A stretch of 50,007 nucleotides of DNA from Planctomycetota bacterium (lineage in GTDB: Bacteria > Planctomycetota > UBA8108 > UBA1146 > JAKEFC01). Of this stretch, positions 1 to 8,988 are shown one piece after another. The stretch spans positions 1-50,007 of the forward strand of contig JAKEFC010000080.1 in NCBI GenBank assembly GCA_022616235.1. The letters are read 5' to 3'. The notes beneath the pieces are model-generated. The model was given only the letters and a program-made list of their open reading frames with translations. It did no database searches and had not been told where the DNA came from. How positions within the stretch are numbered: the stretch's first letter is position 1; every line of letters begins with the position of its first letter. The position numbers and the translations under genes are program-made.

Positions 1-120
1 CTACGATAGGCTTCCTCATGTGCATGAGGCATTTCTCACATTGGCTTGCGCCCTTGTGTGTTTCAGGCAGCTCCACCCTTCATTTTGAAACGTGCTCTTA
101 GTTCTCCACCGCGCACGGCG

Positions 121-1812
121 TCACTTGAGTCCGACGACGATCGGGCCGAGGTACCAGCGGGCCTCGGCGCCCGCGGCGAGCACGGCGCGCAAGTCCTCCG
201 GGAAGCGCGGCGGATCCGCGATCTTGCCTTCCCAAAGCCGGTCCCACCAACTCGCCCCGCGCGGGAATACCTCGAAGCTCGCGCGCGCCGGATCCTCGAT
301 CTCGGCAAGCTCGCAGATCGCGCGCCACGCCTCGCTCCAGCCGCCGTCGCCATCGACGAGCCCGAGCGCGGCGGCCTCGCGGCCGACGTACAAGCGGCCG
401 TTCGCGGCTGCGAGGGCGGTCAGCCGGTCGAGGCGCCGCCCCACGCGCACGCGCTCGACGAAGGCATCGTATATCTCGCGCAACTCGTTCGACACGAGCG
501 CGCGCTGCTCCGCGCTGTAGACCTGCCAGCACGAGGGCGCGGAGTCCGCGCGCGCCGCGGCGAGGTGCGGCTGAACCCCGAGCTTCGATGCCGCGCCGGC
601 TAGGACCCAATGGCCGCCGATCACGCCGATCGCGCCGAGCACCGTCGCGGGCGAGCAATAGATCTCGCTGCACGCAGTCGCGACGTAATACCCGCCGGAG
701 GTCGCTTGCGTGCCGAGGAGCGCTACCACCGGCAGCTCGAGTCGATCGATCTCGCGCCAGACCGCCTCCGCGACTTGCACGTCGCCGCCGGGGCTCTCGA
801 TCCGCACGATCACGCCTTGCAGCGACGGTGTGCTGCCAATCTCCGCCACTGCTCGCCGCAATTCGTCGAAACCCTGCACGCGTCCGAGCAACGGAACGTC
901 GTACGATTCCCCCGCGAGGAGCGCGCCTTCGATCGACAGGATGGCGATCGCCGGCGCCCCGTCGAGCGCGCCGCGTTCGTCCGGCACTTCGCGATACACC
1001 GCCGGCGTCACGAAGGCGCGGTCTTCCGACGCGAGCAGCCTTTGCTCCAGCTCGCCGGAATCCTCGATCACATCGATCCAGCCGTCCGCGAGCGCCTGCG
1101 CCGCGCCCAGCGTCCCCGCGGCGGCGGCACGCTCCAGCGCCGCGGAGTTGCGATCGCGCGCCGGCGAGGCGGCACCGCGGATCTCCCCGGCGAGCCGGTC
1201 GCAGAGATTCTGCCATTGGTCGCGGAGTGCATCGCTCGGCTCGGCGCGTGTGAATTGCTCGAACAGCGCCTTGTCGTCGCCATGCCGCACGAAATCGGCG
1301 GCGACGCCGAGCTCGGCGAGGGCGCCCGCGAAGAACGGCAGCATGGCGCGGGGAGCGCGCAGGTCGACGACGCCGAGCGGCGCGAGCGAAATCGTTCGCG
1401 CATGGCTCGCGACTGCCCACGCCGCGAGATCGTAGCGGGGAGCGTGTACCGTCACCGCCTTGCCGGCGGCGGTCAATTCAATGATCAGATCGGATGCTTC
1501 GTAAACGCGCCCGGGAGAGACTCCCTGCGCCCCGAGGCGGATGAGAACTGCCGTAATCCGCGGGTCGCCTCGCGCCCGGCGCAAGAGACGCCGCGCGGAA
1601 AGCAGGGCCGGCGCCTCTTCGCCTCCCGGGATCAGGGCCGGAAGGGCGCGATCGGAAAAGTCGTACGGCAGCACGATCTCGAGGCAGGAATCGGCGGGGA
1701 CATGAGGCTCGCGCCAGAAGAAGTAGTATCCGATGGCCCATCCGGCGGCGGCGAGCGCGAGCGCCAAGAGCAGCCACCGGCGCCAACCGCGGGCGCGCTT
1801 CATCTTCGCCAC
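121..1812 (-). CDS. sppA: Signal peptide peptidase SppA (S49), long two-domain form
   Basis: N-terminal TM helix; two S49 repeats; IESPGG and ATSGGYYVA (catalytic Ser) motifs; GRLYVGREA..LGLVD. The true start may be ATG 1803, behind GGAGAGG. Confidence 0.85.
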   Translation of the reverse strand: MAKMKRARGWRRWLLLALALAAAGWAIGYYFFWREPHVPADSCLEIVLPYDFSDRALPALIPGGEEAPALLSARRLLRRARGDPRITAVLIRLGAQGVSPGRVYEASDLIIELTAAGKAVTVHAPRYDLAAWAVASHARTISLAPLGVVDLRAPRAMLPFFAGALAELGVAADFVRHGDDKALFEQFTRAEPSDALRDQWQNLCDRLAGEIRGAASPARDRNSAALERAAAAGTLGAAQALADGWIDVIEDSGELEQRLLASEDRAFVTPAVYREVPDERGALDGAPAIAILSIEGALLAGESYDVPLLGRVQGFDELRRAVAEIGSTPSLQGVIVRIESPGGDVQVAEAVWREIDRLELPVVALLGTQATSGGYYVATACSEIYCSPATVLGAIGVIGGHWVLAGAASKLGVQPHLAAARADSAPSCWQVYSAEQRALVSNELREIYDAFVERVRVGRRLDRLTALAAANGRLYVGREAAALGLVDGDGGWSEAWRAICELAEIEDPARASFEVFPRGASWWDRLWEGKIADPPRFPEDLRAVLAAGAEARWYLGPIVVGLK

Positions 1813-1857
1813 CTCTCCATGCCCGCCGCTCGCGCGATGGGCGCCGTCGCCTGCCCG

Positions 1858-2439
1858 TCAGCTCTTCGCGACGATCTCCTCGAGCGTCGCGATATAGGGA
1901 AGATTGCGATAGTAGCCGTGGTAATCCAGGCCATAACCGACGACGAACTTGTTGTGGATCTCGAATCCGGCGTAGTCGATCGGCACGGCCTTGATCCTGT
2001 TTGCCGGCTTGTGGAGCAACGTGCAGACGCGGACTTGGCTCGGAGAGCGTGCGCGGAGATTCGCCTTCAGGTAGTCGACCGTCAGTCCGGTGTCTATGAC
2101 GTCCTCGAGCAGCAGAACCTGCCGATTCGCCACGGAATTCGCGAGGTCCAATTCCAGCTTCACTTCCCCCGAGGTTACGATCGCCTTGCCGTAGCTGGAG
2201 ACGCGCATGAATTCGATGGAGAGCGGAAAGTCGAGTTGGCGGATCAAGTCGCCGGCGAATACGAACGAACCCTTCAAGATGCAGACGATCACGGGATCGG
2301 AGCCGGCGTAGTCTTTCGTGAGTTGCTGCGCCAGCTCGCTCACACGCTTCTGGATCTCCGCTTCGGAGAGCAACTGCTGCAAGCGATGCGGCGGAGCGGA
2401 TGCCGCTGCCAGATGGGGTACGCTAGTGCCGGACTTCAC
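1858..2439 (-). CDS. hpt: Hypoxanthine phosphoribosyltransferase
   Basis: ILKGSFVFAGDL, PRPP loop VLLLEDVIDTGLT, FVVGYGLDY..YRNLPYI. Confidence 0.95.
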   Translation of the reverse strand: MKSGTSVPHLAAASAPPHRLQQLLSEAEIQKRVSELAQQLTKDYAGSDPVIVCILKGSFVFAGDLIRQLDFPLSIEFMRVSSYGKAIVTSGEVKLELDLANSVANRQVLLLEDVIDTGLTVDYLKANLRARSPSQVRVCTLLHKPANRIKAVPIDYAGFEIHNKFVVGYGLDYHGYYRNLPYIATLEEIVAKS

Positions 2440-2487
2440 GAGGTCCCTCGTGCGGCGCAGGCGCAGGCGCAGGCGGAACCGGACGGC

Positions 2488-3321
2488 TTACACGTAGGCA
2501 TTGTTCAGAATCTCCCCGAATCCACCTCCGCCTGGAACGATGTACTGGCGCTCGTCGAGCCCGAACTCCCTGTCCCAGTGCGTGCCCGGCACGGTGGCAA
2601 GTACGTCGGGATCGCTCAGGCCGCGGTCGAGCCGAACGGCGTAGATCGCCGCCGCGGGCCACTCGGCCTTCACGGCGCGAATGAATTCAGGCGTGGCGAT
2701 GAGATGGACAGTGACGATCTTCGCGGGTACCCCCGCCACCTCGCGGCGATAGTGCTCGAGCACGCGCAGGATCGAGGCGCCCGTCGCCGCCATGGGGTCA
2801 GGGAGGAAGAGTATTTTGCCCCCAACAGGCCCGCCGACCTTGCCTCCGTGCATCTGAGCGCCCGTGACGCGCCCGGCGGGATCCGTCACGCGATTCAGTA
2901 TCACGTGATCCTGGCGCACGTTCTCCGGCCGCAGAATCCGATTCAGCATGTCGTAGCAGATGTGCGAAGGAAAGGTGCCGGCGCGCGCGATGGCTACCGT
3001 GACCGCGCTCGCGCTTGGATCGATCACTTCGCCGCGAAAGCGGCCGCGCGGCGTGTATTCGATCATGCGCGTGTCCGCGCTCTGGCAAGCCCGCGGTAGC
3101 TCGTGGTTGAAGGAGTGGACGAGCAAGTGCCGGTAGCAGACCTCGATCAGCTCGTTGAATTCCGGCTGCACGGTTTCGGGAGCGCAGAGGCGCGCGAGGT
3201 GGGTGAGCAGAAACGGATCGGGCAGGATGTGGACGCTGGGGCCATAGCGATGCGGTAACTCGCACAGGCGATGCTCGAGCCGCTCGTAGGCCCGCTCCTC
3301 CGCGTGATCGTTGCGCGCCAA
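2488..3321 (-). CDS. upp: Uracil phosphoribosyltransferase-like protein
   Basis: IARAG, PDPMAATGAS (PRPP loop), YIVPGGGGFGE resembling UPRT YIVPGLGDAG; TTG start behind GGAGAAG. Confidence 0.8.
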   Translation of the reverse strand: MARNDHAEERAYERLEHRLCELPHRYGPSVHILPDPFLLTHLARLCAPETVQPEFNELIEVCYRHLLVHSFNHELPRACQSADTRMIEYTPRGRFRGEVIDPSASAVTVAIARAGTFPSHICYDMLNRILRPENVRQDHVILNRVTDPAGRVTGAQMHGGKVGGPVGGKILFLPDPMAATGASILRVLEHYRREVAGVPAKIVTVHLIATPEFIRAVKAEWPAAAIYAVRLDRGLSDPDVLATVPGTHWDREFGLDERQYIVPGGGGFGEILNNAYV

Positions 3322-3526
3322 GCTCTTCTCCGCTCACGATTTCTCGCGCCGCCGGCGGCAGGCGCTCGCGTCGATGAGCATCACGGGAACGGATGCGAAT
3401 TGCAAGGGCGGGCGGTGGAAGGCGGAGCGATGTGAAGTTCAGCGGGCCCCCGTGCGCGCTGCTACCGAGGCCGAGGAACCGCCTAGTGCATGCGCGCCGC
3501 GCGGTACGAGACTCGCTGCGCTCCGC

Positions 3527-5752
3527 TCAGTTCTTACCGAGGGACAACGTTCCGATCGACTCGCACGCGGGGCGGCGGAGCCACAGCTCGACGTCCAAGT
3601 CGCGGCGCGTCGCCGCTGCCGGAGCGACTTCGCGGCCCTCTTCCCGCCGATCGATCTCTGCGAGAATCGCTTCGGATAGCGGGCTGTCGCCGCTTGCAAA
3701 TGCGAAGGCGACGGCCGCGGCCCCCGCGGCATCGAAGTCCTTGTCGGCGGAGAAAAGCTCGAGCATCGCTTGGACGGCGGCCGCGCCGGAGTCGTTCGGG
3801 TTCGCCGCGCCGTGAGCGGCGAGCGCCACGACGAGTGCGCGATGGCGCTCTTCGGAACCGAGGCTTTCCGACGCCGACCATTGGTACGTGATCAGCGCAG
3901 GATTCAGGCGATGGGCTTCTGCCGCTGCGGCTCCTGCAAGGTCGTAGTCGCCGGCCCCCGCGAGCGCGACCGCGAGATAGAGCTGCACGATGCCGCTCTC
4001 GGGAATCTCCACGCTCGCGTTGTAGAAAGCCTCCGCGGCGCGGTCGTACGCGCCGCTTCGGAGCAACGTCCACCCTTCGCAGAACGACAGCTCGCCGGGT
4101 CTGAGGTCTAGGACCTTCTCCTCCGCCTGCGCCGACTCCGTGTAGACCTGCTCTTGGATCGCGTAGCTCGAGTCGTACGGGTAGCAAAGCGAGCAATCGC
4201 GCAGGTGATAGTAGTGGTAGCCGTGCTGGTGGCAGTGATAGGAATGGTAATGTCCGTAGTGATGATGGCCGTAGTGATCGCAGAGCGAGTAGCGGCTCAA
4301 GCGGTAGTGCCCGAATCGAACGTAGAAGTTCGAATAGAAGTCGCAGCCGTAGCCGTAGAGGTACGGATACGGATAGAGCGAGTAGTAGCCGAAGTATGGA
4401 AATCCGATCGCGATCGATGAGTAGCCGCAATACCAGTCGAACGGGTAGTAGGAGTAATAGCCGTATCCGTAGTGGCGATAGCGGTAGCGGTGGTAGAGCG
4501 GCACGTAGATCGACACGCCTCCGAACACTCCCGAGGCGGATACCCCCACGGTCCCGAAGACGTCGAGACTCGACGAAGCAGGGATGCCTGCTCCCGGGGC
4601 CCGCACCGCGCCGGCGACCGGCGCGGTCGCGCCCGAAGTGAGCGCTCCCAATGCGCCGCGGTTCGGAAGCGCCGCGAGCCGCGTCGTGCGGTTGCCGGGG
4701 AGGGGGTCACCCGCGGTGACGCCGCCTGCCAGCCCGCCGCGCGCGCCGGCGCCAGGTTCCGCTCCGCGCCGGACGCCGCCGCGCAGCGCACGCTCGTTTC
4801 CCGCGACCCCCGGTCGCGCGATCGCCGCATCTCCGCGGTTTCGTTCGACTCGGCGCAAGCTCGGCAGGTCGGTCGTCGCGGCGTTGGGGCCGCGCGTGCT
4901 TCCTCGCGAGAGACCGAAGCGGCGCTCGAGGTTCCGCGTCATCTCTTCGTTCACCGCGAAGCGCTTCCGCGTCCCGGTCGATGGAGCAATGCCGGCGGAG
5001 TTGGGAGGCGGCGCGGAGGACTCGCCGGCGCGAGGCGCGACGATTTCGGGGGTTCGCCGCGCACGTTCGCGCCCAGCGTCGAGGCCGTAGCGCTCGCGGA
5101 GGCTCCCGCGACAATCTTGGCTCGCATCGGGGGCGCGGCGCGGGGCGCGCTCGCGTGACACCGCTTCGGGTACCGCGGCCTGGGAGCGCCGCACGGCGCG
5201 AGGAAGCTCCGGCGACATCGCGCCGCGCTCGGACTGCACTCGCTCGGCGCGAGGCGCGACCGGCGCCGGCCTGAGCGTGCCGCCGCTGGGACGGCGCGGA
5301 GCCGGGACCGCCGCTGGCGCCCGGACGGCGCCAGACGAGCCTTGCCGAGTCGGCGCGCGCGTGGCGCGACCGGATCTTGGGGACTGGGAAGAAGGCATTG
5401 GGCTCGAGACACGCGGCGCCGAAACCCGGGGCATGCTCGGCGCGCGCTGCGCGGGCGAGCTTACCCTGGGCGACGGCATGGAACGGGGAGATGACGAGTG
5501 GGAAGGTGCGGAGCGTACGGCGCCGCCGAACGAGCCTCCGCCCCGGCCGCCTACGGCGCCCCCGCCTCCGCCGCCACGTGAGGCGCCGCCGCCGCTCCGC
5601 GTCGCGCGCGATTGCGCGTCGGCGGGAATCGCCATTGCGACTACCGCGATCGCGACGATTGCCGCCGCGATCGCTCGGAGAAGGGATTTCGGTCGCGGCG
5701 CGCGAGAAGAGCGCGCGCGATGTGGGAGTAATCCGGTGAGTGCCTCCGACAT
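3527..5752 (-). CDS. Hypothetical exported protein: long Arg/Pro/Gly/Ser-rich region, Tyr/His-rich segment, C-terminal TPR-like domain
   Basis: GGAAGGAG RBS before ATG 5752; signal-like AIAAAIVAIAVVAMAIPADA; TPR-like FCEGWTLLRSGAYDRAAEAF..LYLAVALAGAGDYDLA. Confidence 0.75.
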   Translation of the reverse strand: MSEALTGLLPHRARSSRAPRPKSLLRAIAAAIVAIAVVAMAIPADAQSRATRSGGGASRGGGGGGAVGGRGGGSFGGAVRSAPSHSSSPRSMPSPRVSSPAQRAPSMPRVSAPRVSSPMPSSQSPRSGRATRAPTRQGSSGAVRAPAAVPAPRRPSGGTLRPAPVAPRAERVQSERGAMSPELPRAVRRSQAAVPEAVSRERAPRRAPDASQDCRGSLRERYGLDAGRERARRTPEIVAPRAGESSAPPPNSAGIAPSTGTRKRFAVNEEMTRNLERRFGLSRGSTRGPNAATTDLPSLRRVERNRGDAAIARPGVAGNERALRGGVRRGAEPGAGARGGLAGGVTAGDPLPGNRTTRLAALPNRGALGALTSGATAPVAGAVRAPGAGIPASSSLDVFGTVGVSASGVFGGVSIYVPLYHRYRYRHYGYGYYSYYPFDWYCGYSSIAIGFPYFGYYSLYPYPYLYGYGCDFYSNFYVRFGHYRLSRYSLCDHYGHHHYGHYHSYHCHQHGYHYYHLRDCSLCYPYDSSYAIQEQVYTESAQAEEKVLDLRPGELSFCEGWTLLRSGAYDRAAEAFYNASVEIPESGIVQLYLAVALAGAGDYDLAGAAAAEAHRLNPALITYQWSASESLGSEERHRALVVALAAHGAANPNDSGAAAVQAMLELFSADKDFDAAGAAAVAFAFASGDSPLSEAILAEIDRREEGREVAPAAATRRDLDVELWLRRPACESIGTLSLGKN

Positions 5753-5981
5753 CGGCAAACTCCTTCCCCTACACGAACTGGAACGCTCAAAACCCCTGTA
5801 ATCCTAGCACCGGAGCGCAGGCGGCGCTTTCGCTAATTCCCAATAACGAACGCGGGAGGCGATTATTCGGTTTCCCGCCGCGCGCCAAACAGGCCTTGCG
5901 AAAGGAAGTTACGGGCGCGGCAATTGCCGCAATTGAGGCGTCCGCCGGCAAGGATTGCTGGAATAACGAGTTACGGCGGCG

Positions 5982-7202
5982 CTAGGCATGGTTCCGAACG
6001 ACCTCCTGCTGCGTCGCGCGCGGCAGACAAGGCAGGCGTATCTCGACGCTCGTGCCTTTGCCGGAGCCCTCCGAGCGGAGGGCGAGTGCGCCGCCGTGGG
6101 CACGGAGGATCTCGCGTACGATGGCGAGCCCGAGCCCCTGCCCTTCGGAGTGGTGGTCGATGTCGCCCGCGATCTCGAGGGGACGCCCCAAGCGCGGGAG
6201 CTTCTCCGGAGCGATGCCGCACCCATGATCGCGCACGGTGACCGTCGCAAAGCCATCGCTCGTCTCCGCCGAGACGACGACGTCTCCGCCGCGCGCGGAG
6301 TATTTCACGGCGTTGTCGAGTACGCGCACTAAGGCGCTGTGGAGCAGCGTCGGATCGCCGCGGACTTGCCAATCGCCCTCGATCAAGTTGCGGAGACGCA
6401 CGCCCTTCGCCGCCGCTTTCCCGCCCACGGCATTCAGCGCGGTGTCGGCGAGCGCGGTCCCGCGTACTGCCAGCTCCTCCGCCAAGGTGCGCCCGCCGTA
6501 CCAGGCGAACAGCTCGAGCGCATCGTTCACGAAGCTCATCAACCGCTGCCCCGCCAGGTGAATGTGGGATTGCAGCTCCATCATCTCCGCTTGATCCTCG
6601 TACAGGCCTTGCTGGATCACTTCGCAGAACCCGATGATGGCGGTCAGCGGCGTCCGCATCTCGTGGCTGACGAGCTTCAGGAACTCGCTCTTCCGCGCAT
6701 CCAATGCCCGCAGCTCATCCAGGGCCGCGGCGAGCTGAATCGTACGGCGCGCCACGATCCGTTCGAGATTGTCGTTCTGCTCCTTGAGGCGGGCGAGTAG
6801 AGCGCGATTCTGCGCTTCGAGGTCGACCTGATAGCCGACTCGGTGCAGCGCGCCTTCGACGGTGGCGTGAAAGGTCTTGGCAGAACTCCTGACCAAGTAG
6901 CACGCCGCCCCGAGGTTAAGCGCTTCCGCGGCGGTGTTTTCCGTGCCGGCGTCGGTCATGAAGACCACGGGAGTGTTCAGCCCGGAGGCCGAGACGAGCG
7001 CGAGCAACTCGAGCCCGTTCAAGCCCGGAAGCTCGCTGTCGACGAGGAGTATCTCTGGAGGAACGGATTGCAGAGTCGCCCAGGCGACCGCCCCATCCGT
7101 CTCGAGCTGCACGTCGTGCCCGGCACCCGCCAGAAACTCCACGAGGGAGCGGCCGCGGGCCTCGTTCGCTTCGCAAACGAGAAGTCGGCGCTTCGATGCC
7201 AC
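5982..7202 (-). CDS. Hybrid response regulator receiver / histidine kinase
   Basis: REC (LLVDSELPGLNG), coiled coil, HisKA (VSHEMRTPLTAIIGF), HATPase (LDNAVKYS, DHGCGI, GQGLGL); GTG start 7202 behind GGAGGG. Confidence 0.9.
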   Translation of the reverse strand: MASKRRLLVCEANEARGRSLVEFLAGAGHDVQLETDGAVAWATLQSVPPEILLVDSELPGLNGLELLALVSASGLNTPVVFMTDAGTENTAAEALNLGAACYLVRSSAKTFHATVEGALHRVGYQVDLEAQNRALLARLKEQNDNLERIVARRTIQLAAALDELRALDARKSEFLKLVSHEMRTPLTAIIGFCEVIQQGLYEDQAEMMELQSHIHLAGQRLMSFVNDALELFAWYGGRTLAEELAVRGTALADTALNAVGGKAAAKGVRLRNLIEGDWQVRGDPTLLHSALVRVLDNAVKYSARGGDVVVSAETSDGFATVTVRDHGCGIAPEKLPRLGRPLEIAGDIDHHSEGQGLGLAIVREILRAHGGALALRSEGSGKGTSVEIRLPCLPRATQQEVVRNHA

Positions 7203-7318
7203 GTTGCCCTCCAACGCGCCGCGTCCGATCGTGCGCTCGGCTGCGGCCCGTCGCCGGTTGCGATTCGCGCCGCCGGTGGCGGCGATCGCCGCTCCAACGT
7301 GCGCCCGTGAATCACCAC

Positions 7319-7699
7319 TCAACGAATAGGGCGATAGATCAAGATTCGCTCGATGGGCGTGCCCAACACGAGCGCCGCCGCGATGACGCCCCCTGCGTCC
7401 GCGGCGAAGTCCAATGGATCCGCAAACCGGCCGGCAACGAAGCTCTGATGCAGTTCATCGCAAATCCCGAATGCGAGGCTCGCGCCGATCGCAAAGGGAA
7501 GCCACTCGCTGCGCGCCCGATGGAGCCGCGACGCCGGCATGAACGAGAGGAGCAATAGCGCGTAGAAGCCCGCGTGGATCGTCTTGTCCGCGCCAGCGAA
7601 CGGCAGCTCGGGCCCGAGCGCTTCCGGCTCCAGGGAGGAAAGATAGGTAAGAACCGCCATCCAGGCAAGGGTAAGCGGCGGCAACCCGATGCGCGTCAA
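7319..7699 (-). CDS. VanZ-like family membrane protein
   Basis: DKTIHAGFY, DELHQSFVAGR..DPLDFAAD; TTG start overlapping the pyrC stop (TTGA). Confidence 0.85.
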   Translation of the reverse strand: MTRIGLPPLTLAWMAVLTYLSSLEPEALGPELPFAGADKTIHAGFYALLLLSFMPASRLHRARSEWLPFAIGASLAFGICDELHQSFVAGRFADPLDFAADAGGVIAAALVLGTPIERILIYRPIR

Positions 7700-8988
7700 G
7701 GCGCGAGCTTGCCGTCCCGCAGGCGCGGCTCGCCGCCCACGAACACATGCTGAGCGCGGCCGCGAACTTGCCACCCCGCAAACGGCGTTACGCGCGACCG
7801 CGATGCGAAGTGCGCGGGATCGATCGAGTATTCCGTGCTCACGTCGAAGCAGGCGATGTCCGCCGGTTCGCCGGCGGCGAGGCGTCCCCCCGGCACGCGC
7901 AGGATGCGAGCGGGCGCCAAGCTCAAGGCGGCGAGCAGGCGCGCGAGCGGCAGTTCCTCCGTGAGGACGAGCCGCGAGTAGAGCACTCCAAAGACCGTCT
8001 CGAGCGCCCCGGTCCCCGGCGCCGCGTGAAAGAACTCAAGGTTCTTCTCCGCGTCGCCGCGGGGCGAGTGCGCGGAGGAGATCGCATCGACCGTACCGGA
8101 GCGCAGCCCTTCGATCAGCGCCTTGCGATCCAGCTCGGAGCGCAGGGGTGGGAAGTACTTATAGACCGGATCGAAGCTCTTCACCTTTTCTTCGTTGAAC
8201 GTGATGTGGTGCGGCGTCACGCTGCACGTTACCGCCACTCCGGCGGCTTTCGCCTGCGCCACCTCCCGCAGCGATTCCGCGGTCGAGATGTGCATCAAGT
8301 GCAGGTCGGTGCGGATCGAGTGCGCGAGGCGCACGTTGCGCTCGACCATGATCTCCTCGGTGCCGGCGCCGATGCTGGGGAGGCCGAGCAGGTCGGCGAT
8401 GAGCCCGGTCGACACCATGCCGCGGCCGCGGAGTCCCTTGTCTTCGCAGCGCGTGAGGATCGGCGCGTTCAGCATGCTCGCGTAACGCAGCGCTCGGAGG
8501 AGCACGTCGGCGCCATGCACTGCCTCGTCTTCATCCGTGAAGGCGATCGCCCCCGCGCGCCGCATGCCGCCCATTTCGCTCAGATGCTGGCCGGCGCGCC
8601 CGCGCGTGAGCGCGCCCGCCGGATAAACGCGGGCGCCGCGCGCCTCTTCCCCCTTCATGCGCACGTACGCGACGCTCGCCTCGTTGTCGATCGGGGGCAC
8701 CGTATCCGGCATGGCGGCGATCGCGGTGAAACCGCCGGCGAGGGCCGCTTGCGCGCCGCTCCGGATCGTCTCCGCCTCTTCGAACCCCGGCTCACGCAGG
8801 TGGACGCAGAGATCCACGAGCCCCGGAGCCACCAAGAGGCCGCGCGCGGCGATCGTTTCCTCGCCGCCGCGCGGGGCGAGGCGCCCGATCTCGGCGATCG
8901 CGCCGCCTTCGATGCGCAGGTCGCAGATTTCGTCGCGGCCGCTCGCCGGATCGACGACGCGGCCCCCTTGCAAGAGGTAGCGGCTCAC
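7696..8988 (-). CDS. pyrC: Dihydroorotase (PyrC, multifunctional-complex type; probably the catalytically impaired PyrC' form)
   Basis: PGLVDLCVHLREPG, GGFT, VTPHH, PPLRS, ISSAHSP; GTG start overlapping the pyrB stop (GTGA). Confidence 0.9.
   Translation of the reverse strand: MSRYLLQGGRVVDPASGRDEICDLRIEGGAIAEIGRLAPRGGEETIAARGLLVAPGLVDLCVHLREPGFEEAETIRSGAQAALAGGFTAIAAMPDTVPPIDNEASVAYVRMKGEEARGARVYPAGALTRGRAGQHLSEMGGMRRAGAIAFTDEDEAVHGADVLLRALRYASMLNAPILTRCEDKGLRGRGMVSTGLIADLLGLPSIGAGTEEIMVERNVRLAHSIRTDLHLMHISTAESLREVAQAKAAGVAVTCSVTPHHITFNEEKVKSFDPVYKYFPPLRSELDRKALIEGLRSGTVDAISSAHSPRGDAEKNLEFFHAAPGTGALETVFGVLYSRLVLTEELPLARLLAALSLAPARILRVPGGRLAAGEPADIACFDVSTEYSIDPAHFASRSRVTPFAGWQVRGRAQHVFVGGEPRLRDGKLAP

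Noticed and set aside
2454-2474. (GCGCAG)3 tandem repeat between upp-like and hpt
   Set aside because: Too short; expected by chance at this GC content.
610-3099. 829-aa + strand ORF and many other long antisense ORFs (e.g. 19604-21277, 31497-33068, 38430-39941)
   Set aside because: They shadow well-supported - strand genes; stop-codon scarcity at high GC explains them and they carry no recognisable motifs.
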